This document shows, piece by piece, positions 54,001-63,871 of a stretch of 64,000 bases of DNA. A model generated the notes under the pieces. The model saw only the letters and a program-made list of their open reading frames with translations. It made no database searches and was not told where the DNA came from. The DNA is from Octopus sinensis. Lineage: Eukaryota. The position numbers and the translations under genes were made by a program. Location: assembly GCF_006345805.1 (NCBI RefSeq), contig NC_043026.1, forward strand, positions 124,001-188,000. The letters are read 5' to 3'. Within the stretch, counting starts at the first letter, position 1; the number at the start of each line of letters is the position of its first letter.

Positions 54001-57000
54001 TGCTGTTTGGAGATCTGATGTTGTTAGAGATCAGGTGCTGTTTGGAGATCTGATGTTGTTAGAGATCAGGTGCTGTTTGGAGATCTGATGTTGTTAGAGA
54101 TCAGGTGCTGTTTGGAGATCTGATGTTGTTAGAGATCAGGTGCTGTTTGGAGATCTGATGTTGTTAGAGATCAGGTGCTGTTTGGAGATCTGATGTTGTT
54201 AGAGATCAGGTGCTGTTTGGAGATCTGATGTTGTTAGAGATCAGGTGCTGTTTGGAGATCTGATGTTGTTAGAGATCAGGTGCTGTTTGGAGATCTGATG
54301 TTGTTAGAGATCAGGTGCTGTTTGGAGATCTGATGTTGTTAGAGATCAGGTGCTGTTTGGAGATCTGATGTTGTTAGAGATCAGGTGCTGTTTGGAGATC
54401 TGATGTTGTTAGAGATCAGGTGCTGTTTGGAGATCTGATGTTGTTAGAGATCAGGTGCTGTTTGGAGATCTGATGTTGTTAGAGATCAGGTGCTGTTTGG
54501 AGATCTGATGTTGTTAGAGATCAGGTGCTGTTTGGAGATCTGATGTTGTTAGAGATCAGGTGCTGTTTGGAGATCTGATGTTGTTAGAGATCAGGTGCTG
54601 TTTGGAGATCTGATGTTGTTAGAGATCAGGTGCTGTTTGGAGATCTGATGTTGTTAGAGATCAGGTGCTGTTTGGAGATCTGATGTTGTTAGAGATCAGG
54701 TGCTGTTTGGAGATCTGATGTTGTTAGAGATCAGGTGCTGTTTGGAGATCTGATGTTGTTAGAGATCAGGTGCTGTTTGGAGATCTGATGTTGTTAGAGA
54801 TCAGGTGCTGTTTGGAGATCTGATGTTGTTAGAGATCAGGTGCTGTTTGGAGATCTGATGTTGTTAGAGATCAGGTGCTGTTTGGAGATCTGATGTTGTT
54901 AGAGATCAGGTGCTGTTTGGAGATCTGATGTTGTTAGAGATCAGGTGCTGTTTGGAGATCTGATGTTGTTAGAGATCAGGTGCTGTTTGGAGATCTGATG
55001 TTGTTAGAGATCAGGTGCTGTTTGGAGATCTGATGTTGTTAGAGATCAGGTGCTGTTTGGAGATCTGATGTTGTTAGAGATCAGGTGCTGTTTGGAGATC
55101 TGATGTTGTTAGAGATCAGGTGTTGTTTGGAGATCTGATGTTGTTAGAGATCAGGTGCTGTTTGGAGATCTGATGTTGTTAGAGATCAGGTGCTGTTTGG
55201 AGATCTGATGTTGTTAGAGATCAGGTGCTGTTTGGAGATCTGATGTTGTTAGAGATCAGGTGCTGTTTGGAGATCTGATGTTGTTAGAGATCAGGTGCTG
55301 TTTGGAGATCTGATGTTGTTAGAGATCAGGTGCTGTTTGGAGATCTGATGTTGTTAGAGATCAGGTGCTGTTTGGAGATCTGATGTTGTTAGAGATCAGG
55401 TGCTGTTTGGAGATCTCATGTTGTTAGAGATCAGGTGCTGTTTGGAGATCTGATGTTGTTAGAGATCAGGTGCTGTTTGGAGATCTGATGTTGTTAGAGA
55501 TCAGGTGCTGTTTGGAGATCTGATGTTGTTAGAGATCAGGTGCTGTTTGGAGATCAGATGTTGTTAGAGATCAGGTGCTGTTTGGAGATCTGATGTTGTT
55601 AGAGATCAGGTGCTGTTTGGAGATCTGATGTTGTTAGAGATCAGGTGCTGTTTGGAGATCTGATGTTGTTAGAGATCAGGTGCTGTTTGGAGATCTGATG
55701 TTGTTAGAGATCAGGTGCTGTTTGGAGATCTGATGTTGTTAGAGATCAGGTGCTGTTTGGAGATCTGATGTTGTTAGAGATCAGGTGCTGTTTGGAGAGC
55801 TGATGTTGTTAGAGATCAGGTGCTGTTTGGAGATCTGATGTTGTTAGAGATCAGGTGCTGTTTGGAGATCTGATGTTGTTAGAGATCAGGTGCTGTTTGG
55901 AGATCTGATGTTGTTAGAGATCAGGTGTTGTTTGGAGATCTCATGTTGTTAGAGATCAGGTGCTGTTTGGAGATCAGATGTTGTTAGAGATCAGGTGCTG
56001 TTTGGAGATCTGATGTTGTTAGAGATCAGGTGCTGTTTGGAGATCTCATCTCATGTTGTTAGAGATCAGGTGCTGTTTGGAGATCAGATGTTGTTAGAGA
56101 TCAGGTGCTGTTTGGAGATCTGATGTTGTTAGAGATCAGGTGTGTTGGAGATTGGAGATCTGTGTTGTTAGAGATCAGGTGTTGTTTGGAGATCAGATGT
56201 TGTTAGAGATCAGGTGCTGTTTGGAGATCTGATGTTGTTAGAGATCAGGTGCTGTTTGGAGATCTGATGTTGTTAGAGATCAGGTGCTGTTTGGAGATCT
56301 GATGTTGTTAGAGATCAGGTGCTGTTTGGAGATCTGATGTTGTTAGAGATCAGGTGCTGTTTGGAGATCTCATGTTGTTAGAGATCAGGTGCTGTTTGGA
56401 GAGCTGATGTTGTTAGAGATCAGGTGCTGTTTGGAGATCTGATGTTGTTAGAGATCAGGTGCTGTTTGGAGAGCTGATGTTGTTAGAGATCAGGTGCTGT
56501 TTGGAGATCTGATGTTGTTAGAGATCAGGTGCTGTTTGGAGATTTGATGTTGTTAGAGATCAGGTGCTGTTTGGAGATCTGATGTTGTTAGAGATCAGGT
56601 GCTGTTTGGAGATCTGATGTTGTTAGAGATCAGGTGCTGTTTGGAGATCTGATGTTGTTAGAGATCAGGTGCTGTTTGGAGATCTGATGTTGTTGGAGAT
56701 CAGGTGCTGTTTGGAGATCTGATGTTGTTAGAGATCAGGTGTTGTTTGGAGATCTGATGTTGTTAGAGATCAGGTGCTGTTTGGAGAGCTGATGTTGTTA
56801 GAGATCAGGTGCTGTTTGGAGATCTGATGTTGTTAGAGATCAGGTGCTGTTTGGAGATCTGATGTTGTTGAGATCAGGTGCTGTTTGGAGATCTGATGTT
56901 GTTAGAGATCAGGTGCTGTTTGGAGATCTGATGTTGTTAGAGATCAGGTGTTGTTTGGAGATCTGATGTTGTTAGAGATCAGGTGCTGTTTGGAGAGCTG

Positions 57001-59034
57001 ATGTTGTTAGAGATCAGGTGCTGTTTGGAGATCTGATGTTGTTAGAGATCAGGTGCTGTTTGGATATCTGATGTTGTTAGAGATCAGGTGCTGTTTGGAG
57101 ATCTGATGTTGTTAGAGATCAGGTGCTGTTTGGAGATCTGATGTTGTTAGAGATCAGGTGCTGTTTGGAGATCTGATGTTGTTAGAGATCAGGTGCTGTT
57201 TGGAGATCTGATGTTGTTAGAGATCAGGTGCTGTTTGGAGATCTGATGTTGTTAGAGATCAGGTGCTGTTTGGAGATCTGATGTTGTTAGAGATCAGGTG
57301 CTGTTTGGAGATCTGATGTTGTTAGAGATCAGGTGCTGTTTGGAGATCTGATGTTGTTAGAGATCAGGTGCTGTTTGGAGATCTGATGTTGTTAGAGATC
57401 AGGTGCTGTTTGGAGATCTGATGTTGTTAGAGATCAGGTGCTGTTTGGAGATCTGATGTTGTTAGAGATCAGGTGCTGTTTGGAGATCTGATGTTGTTAG
57501 AGATCAGGTGCTGTTTGGAGATCTGATGTTGTTAGAGATCAGGTGCTGTTTGGAGATCTGATGTTGTTAGAGATCAGGTGCTGTTTGGAGATCTGATGTT
57601 GTTAGAGATCAGGTGCTGTTTGGAGATCTGATGTTGTTAGAGATCAGGTGCTGTTTGGAGATCTGATGTTGTTAGAGATCAGGTGCTGTTTGGAGATCTG
57701 ATGTTGTTAGAGATCAGGTGCTGTTTGGAGAGCTGATGTTGTTAGAGATCAGGTGCTGTTTGGAGATCTGATGTTGTTAGAGATCAGGTGCTGTTTGGAG
57801 ATCTGATGTTGTTAGAGATCAGGTGCTGTTTGGAGATCTGATGTTGTTAGAGATCAGGTGCTGTTTGGAGATCTGATGTTGTTAGAGATCAGGTGCTGTT
57901 TGGAGATCTGATGTTGTTAGAGATCAGGTGCTGTTTGGAGATCTGATGTTGTTAGAGATCAGGTGCTGTTTGGAGATCTGATGTTGTTAGAGATCAGGTG
58001 TTGTTTGGAGATCAGATGTTGTTAGAGATCAGGTGCTGTTTGGAGATCTGATGTTGTTAGAGATCAGGTGCTGTTTGGAGATCTGATGTTGTTAGAGATC
58101 AGGTGCTGTTTGGAGATCTGATGTTGTTAGAGATCAGGTGCTGTTTGGAGATCTGATGTTGTTAGAGATCAGGTGCTGTTTGGAGATCTGATGTTGTTAG
58201 AGATCAGGTGCTGTTTGGAGATCTGATGTTGTTAGAGATCAGGTGCTGTTTGGAGAGCTGATGTTGTTAGAGATCAGGTGCTGTTTGGAGATCTGATGTT
58301 GTTAGAGATCAGGTGCTGTTTGGAGATTTGATGTTGTTAGAGATCAGGTGCTGTTTGGAGAGCTGATGTTGTTAGATATCAGGTGCTGTTTGGAGATCTG
58401 ATGTTGTTAGAGATCAGGTGCTGTTTGGAGATCTGATGTTGTTAGAGATCAGGTGCTGTTTGGAGATCTGATGTTGTTGGAGATCAGGTGCTGTTTGGAG
58501 ATCTGATGTTGTTAGAGATCAGGTGTTGTTTGGAGAGCTGATGTTGTTAGAGATCAGGTGCTGTTGGAGAGCTGATGTTGTTAGAGATCAGGTACTGTTT
58601 GGAGATCTGATGTTGTTGGAGATCAGGTGCTGTTTGGAGATCTGATGTTGTTAGAGATCTTGTGCTGTTTGGAGATCTGATGTTGTTAGAGATCAGGTGC
58701 TGTTTGGAGATCAGATGTTGTTAGAGATCAGGTGTTGTTTGGAGATCTGATGTTGTTAGAGATCAGGTGCTGTTTGGAGAGCTGATGTTGTTAGAGATCA
58801 GGTGCTGTTTGGAGATCTGATGTTGTTAGAGATCAGGTGCTGTTTGGAGATCTGATGTTGTTAGAGATCAGGTGTTGTTTGGAGATCAGATGTTGTTAGA
58901 GATCAGGTGCTGTTTGGAGAGCTGATGTTGTTAGGGATCAGGTGTTGTTTGGAGATCTGATGTTGTTAGAGATCAGGTGCTGTTTGGAGAACTGATGTTG
59001 TTAGAGATCAGGTGATGTTTGGAGAGCTGATGTT
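9043..59034. repeat. About 50-kb tandem satellite, 35-bp monomer GAGATCTGATGTTGTTA-GAGATCAGGTGCTGTTTG, about 1,430 copies
   Basis: The 35-bp period is read directly (e.g. GCTGTTTGGA at 15301, 15336, 15371). The monomer is made of related 17- and 18-bp halves, composition G12 T13 A7 C3, with two GATC and one AGATCT per unit. All units are in one orientation, with no unique spacers and no insertions seen. Confidence 0.98.
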
Positions 59035-59300
59035 CTATGCTTCCTTGTTTTATGTTGGGGGCAGAAAGTTCTCAAGTGGCCAGTCTCCCTCACAAGTGGC
59101 ACTGTTGCTTTCTGTCTTTAACATATCGTCTAGTTCTCCCCTTCTTGGAAAGCAAATAAGGTCCGAGATCTTATGGGTTGTGTCTGGTTTCGTGTAGAGT
59201 AGCAATCCCACACTGATCCCGGACCAATTTTCACAACGGTCCAGCTTCGCCTTCAGAAGGCAATTACTCCCTTCCAAAAACTCTGCATGTTAGTATCCTC
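59035..59300 (-). mobile_element. LINE ORF1 remnant with CCHC zinc knuckle, 5' part of the element interrupted by the satellite
   Basis: Minus strand encodes ...RCENWSGISVGLLLYTKPDTTHKISDLICFP...VKDRKQQ-C-H-L-[TG, 1-nt deletion]-R-E-T-G-H-L-R-T-F-C-P (59101-59061). This is a CX2CX4HX4C knuckle as in Tx1-type ORF1. Confidence 0.7.
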
Positions 59301-59370
59301 CATGAATTTTCCTCCGATGGAATATGCGTCCGCCTGCTCCGTCCTTCACGTTTACAACAACTGATTTCCA

Positions 59371-59494
59371 AGCTTAGAATCAGAAGAGCGACCCTTACCT
59401 CAAGTTGTATGGCTTTACGACGCCATGCTACCAATGCCAGGTGACAACAGTTGAAATAAAGGTGACTGCGTGTGCGAAAATACAGAGATGCAAA
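59371..59494 (-). repeat. 124-bp interspersed repeat, inverted copy of 63872-63995; candidate LINE 5' UTR
   Basis: The reverse complement TTTGCATCTCTGTATTTTCGCACACGCAGTCACC...GGGTCGCTCTTCTGATTCTAAGCT aligns colinearly with 63872-63995, with scattered substitutions. Confidence 0.85.
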
Positions 59495-60783
59495 TTCCTA
59501 AATTCGATGGGTGGAGCAGGTATTTTTCTCTTAAACATGGAATCAAGGAGTGTTTGCGGCCAGGGCTTCAATCTTGGAGAGCGATGAATTGCCCGCAAAC
59601 GGCTTTGGATATATGCTGAATGTTGGGCATTAACTCTTCCAGCGCATCTTCCACATCGACCCAACTATCCGCCCCTTGTCGCTTTCTAAACAACACATTT
59701 ATAAATATGTATTTATTTATCTGTGTTTCTACCAACACCTAGAGGGGTTAGGCGATAACCGCCAGCAATTTTTCCAGGCTTATCAGACTGGCCGCTTGGG
59801 ACAGACATATCCTTCTGCAGTACTTTGATTTTATGTAGCTCTGTGCAGCTGTTGATGCGAATGTATTGACTGTTGATGTGGTTGTTATTGTTGCAACTGT
59901 TCGTTGTCATAGTGGTAGATTGATCCACTGTACTATGAACTTGATGGGGTCCTCACTTCCACGTCTGCTTGCGGTTGGAAGGCAGAGGGTTCTTGCAACT
60001 CCTCAGCAGAGCTGCTTCTTACTTCCTCCTCCATGATGATGGTCATTATAAAGAGGCTCTTTTCTATTAAAGCATAAGGCTTGGAATTCTGTGGCTCTGG
60101 TTTCAAACTGTACCCACTTGTGAAAACTCGATGCGGGAATAATGAGGTTACTCTTAACAATAATCTCTTTCATGTAAGCCTAGGTAAAGTTGTAGTATCT
60201 GAAAGCCCAAGATGTGACCTTGAAATACCAGGCTGGCATATGACAGGGGCTGGGCAACCAATTTACGGATGATGTCTCAACAAAAATAACGGTGATTGTA
60301 TCACCTCATTATCGCAACACTCTGTATGAGTGAAAATGCCAAATAGAAAATGATCTGAACAATAGTGAGAATGAGATTTGAATAGTGAACGGTGAAGATC
60401 TCTCGCCCGGCAGGGTATGTCCGGTCGTCATCTAGCGACTGTAGTACGAAGGAAAGGAAGAAAGACGGATTGCATTGCTGAAGGAATGTTACATCCGGAA
60501 AGAAAACAGCAGAATGAAAGATGTGGTTTAAAAAGGGAATGTTTGCTGTAACTCGACAAAGACTAAGTGAACAAGAACGACAAATAAAATTGAAATGCTG
60601 GTTAACAGCAATAGAAACAATAATATCAGCAACAGCAACAATATGGTTTCGAAATCTTGGCCAGCAATTTCGAGGGTAGATGAGTAAGTCGATTTCATCG
60701 ACCGCTGATGTTCAACTGGTACTTTGATCTGACCGAACAATGTAAAAATAAGTCAACAGTAATAATAAAGAAGATTCACTTAC

Positions 60784-61084
60784 ATCTATAGAAGGAAATC
60801 TCGTTGGTGTCATTCGTGCTGACGACTGTCATTATATCTTTCGGTGAGTAATTCTTACAAACACGGCTGACATTGTTGTAAGTAAAGAATTCTGATTGGC
60901 TGTTTAGAGCGATGCCGGCACATTCCAGTCGACTTCGTGCGGTGGGGAATTGTTGTTGTGTTGGAGGTGTCCCAATATAAGCATAGGAATAACCAGGTCC
61001 CAAACGTTTGTAGTAAGCTTCATCAAATTCTTGACCTGAGGTGACAGCCAGGATTGTTGTAAGACCTAACAGCAGCACTTCCAT
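60784..61084 (-). CDS. Coding exon 1 of a spliced gene for a secreted protein: signal peptide plus PAN/Apple-like module
   Basis: ATG at 61084 in GCAATGG context. Translation MEVLLLGLTTILAVTSG|QEFDEAYYKRLG...ARSRLECAGIALNSQSEFFTYNNVSRVCKNYS...ISFYR has a hydrophobic N-terminus and a PAN-like S-x-L-E-C...F-T-Y-N...C pattern. The exon is 301 nt (100 codons + 1 nt) and ends at a GTAAGT donor (60783-60778), phase 1. Confidence 0.85.
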
Positions 61085-61679
61085 TGCAGCAGGACGGGTA
61101 AAAAGAAATAGGGACATTCTTGGCTTTGAGATTATTAGAGGGAGACAGAAAGGGAAAGAAATGGCGTAAAAGAAAGAACGAATGGGATGAGGAGAGTTAT
61201 GAGGAGATTCAGCAAGGGGACAAGATAAATTTTAATTTATGAAGAGGCAACGGGGAAGAGAAAGATAGAAAGGGTCGCAAAGCGTGAATGAGTAACAGAA
61301 AGATATCCTGAAAAAGAAGAGAGAGATACAATTAGAAGATGGAGAGTGTTTGTGTGTGAGTGGAAGAATGTTTGGAAAAGAAAAGGAAAAAAGAAGAAAT
61401 TATAATTTAGAAATACAGGTCTTGGGAAGTCTTTTAAATTGCATTCAGTATGGGGCCCTAATTGGAGATTCCCAGGGTTTTAAAGTGTTTAGAATCGTCT
61501 CTCAACCAGTGTTGTTCCAAGGTCTTATCTGACACGAAGACGAAATACTCGTCAACGTCCCAGCTATAGGTTAATTAATAATTCAGTATATAAGATTGGG
61601 CTCATTAGCCAGGGGGTGTTGGGTGGTGGGCAACCCACTTAGGAGAAAGAAAACTCTAATTCCCAACCTCCGACACCTT

Positions 61680-62050
61680 GCAACAATACTAAACCATGGG
61701 AAGGTGTTTGGGTCTAAACACTGAGGCAAAATCGGGCATGAAACACCCTGAGGCAGTTCCATGCTGTCTACCAGCTCACTCTCGCAACTCCTACGACGAG
61801 GCCGATAGGGAATTGCAACGTTGTTGTTGTTCTTTGGGTCCATCAATGATGCAGAGAGCAGGGACATATTGGATGGTAACAATCTCCATACCAATGTGCC
61901 CAGGGTTGGGTCAAATCGAACTCTCTGTTCCATAGGGATAATTCCGAACATTACAGCGGAATGGAAGAACATAAAAACTCAAACACCATAGGTACAATCT
62001 ACAAGTGTGACTAATGTGGCAGGTACTGGCATTTGCGCATAGGACTATTC
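61680..62050 (+). mobile_element. Possible highly decayed LINE ORF1 remnant
   Basis: A degenerate knuckle-like K-C-D-*-C-G-R-Y-W-H at about 62003-62035 lies upstream of the Tx1 3' fragment on the same strand. The rest is unrecognisable. Confidence 0.25.
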
Positions 62051-62249
62051 AAACGCGGACAACACTTCCCAGTTGGGTGGAAATCTAGGGCTTTCATTCA
62101 CGGTCATCAATGAACGACAGAGGCGGCACAATATAAGCGCAGGCACAGCAGAAAGATTAAGAAGGTCGCTTGGTAATCACCTGCCTCCCTGTTCAGTCAA
62201 AATGAGCGGCTACTTGGGAATTTGTTAGACGGAAAGTGTGTGGAAGTAC

Positions 62250-63516
62250 GTCAACATCCGTTAAAAGGAGGGCTGGGCATGCCGTGGTTGATGATGCGCA
62301 GACATTCGCTGAGACTGCGACATCTCCGGCTCTACGTAGACGACGGTGAACAGGTGTGGTCGCCATTTGTGAGGCACGCATTCCCGCAGCTCGTCTCCAT
62401 GACCGAACTGCAGTCGTGGATAAAAAGAGGCCGAGGAAGGGCGAATTGCACCGCGAGTATCGCGTTGCTCTCAAGCAACTCTGCCGTCCCGGGTCGACCT
62501 TGAGCGACTTCAACACAACCAAAGCATTCTATATGGGATTAGTGGAAGGGAGGTACGACGACGATCTTGGGGCAAACCTGGGCGTCGACGAAGAATACCT
62601 GACCGCCTGTTTGAAACGACTTTCGGGCCGGGACCTATGGACAATTTCCAGAGATCCCTGGCCTGGCGGTGCTACCGAGAAGCGCTACCCGTTCGGGATA
62701 AGCTCTATATACATGGCTCGAGAAACACGGGGCCGACCTGCCCGAGATGCGGGCAGAGCGACGAAACCGTTCAGCACGCAAGCGTGCAGTGTCCAACAAT
62801 CTCCGACCTGTGGGCTTATGTCGAACGACTGCTGTCACGTGTGGGACGTGTCGGTTTATCAGCCAAGTCTATCGTTAATATCGTCACGCCTCCTTCCTTC
62901 AAACGGGAAGGAAGAGCTATTTTTATCATACTTGTGGCTATGGCAAAAGAATGTATCTAGTGGACGCGCCTGAAAGGATTAGAGACAAACAATTTCCTCT
63001 CTGGTCAATCTCTCATCAACTTCTTCAAGTATCACTTGAAGAGGAAAGTGAGAGTAGAGAGGCAAGTTTTGTCTAGTGAATGTTTTAAAAAAAGATAGGT
63101 GAATGTAGCGAGGATGGCACGTATGAATGATGAAGCCACCTATGAACCGTAAAAATTAATACAGAGAGTTGCTTACTTGCAAAAAAAAAAAAAAAAATTG
63201 AAATATAACATGTGACTTCATTGACCGAGGTTACCGTGGTCTTTTCCGTAGGCTTTTCTTTCCACGGGTAAACCTCACCTGTCTTCCTCTTTACACTTAA
63301 TATTGACATTTCTGTGATAACGATCCATATTGATCAATATTTTTCTTCTCCGCCCCCCCTTTTTTTAAACCCCCCTTTTTGTCCTCTTTCTTTCCTTTTA
63401 CGATCCCTTTTGATCGAAAAAACACCACCACCTTTTTTTTTTTTAACCCCCAAAAGAAAAGCTCTACCTTGTAATTTGTTCTATCTGTGTGCAGCCCTGT
63501 GTGGCAAATAAAGAAA
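62250..63516 (+). mobile_element. 5'-truncated L1/Tx1-clade LINE 3' fragment (post-RT region, CCHC zinc finger, 3' UTR)
   Basis: QHPLKGGLGMPWL..DGEQVWSPFVRHAFPQLVSM is homologous to 6500-6380(-). It is followed by FQRSLAWRCYREALPVRDKL..TCPRCGQSDETVQHASVQCP (C-terminal zinc finger), with frameshifts. There is an A-run at 63181-63197 and a pyrimidine-rich 3' UTR ending in AATAAAG at about 63507-63513. Confidence 0.9.
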
Positions 63517-63522
63517 CATACC

Positions 63523-63552
63523 TATCTAACTGTATGTCTGTCTGTCTACCTG

Positions 63553-63592
<40 letters not shown>

Positions 63593-63632
63593 ACTGTCTG
63601 TATGTCTGTCTATCTGTCTATCTCTCTGTCTG

Positions 63633-63717
<85 letters not shown>

Positions 63718-63775
63718 ATTTATCATCTCTCTCTCTCCTCTCTCTCTCTCTATCTATCTATCTATTTATCTATTT
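63523..63775. repeat. Compound (TCTA)n/(TCTG)n/(TC)n microsatellite
   Basis: Tetranucleotide runs directly after the LINE 3' end. Confidence 0.95.
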
Positions 63776-63871
63776 ATGTGTAAGAAAGAGTGGATTAGAT
63801 AGAGAGTGTGTGGGGGAGAGAGAGAGGGGGAAGACAGAAAGAGAGTGACTAAACATTGCAACATTTAAACG

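Noticed and set aside
9043-59034. CRISPR array (35-bp repeat length)
   Set aside because: Units are contiguous with no unique spacers, there are no cas genes, and the context is eukaryotic with spliced exons.
9043-59034. CAG|GT in every monomer as recursive splice sites
   Set aside because: The motif is on the plus strand, antisense to the host gene, and no plus-strand gene spans the array.
60297-60493. Solo LTR (TGT...ACA)
   Set aside because: No target-site duplication, primer-binding site or second LTR was found.
61085-61117. Upstream in-frame ATG at 61117 as the gene start
   Set aside because: The ATG at 61084 has better context and directly begins the signal peptide. The upstream start cannot be fully excluded without transcript data.
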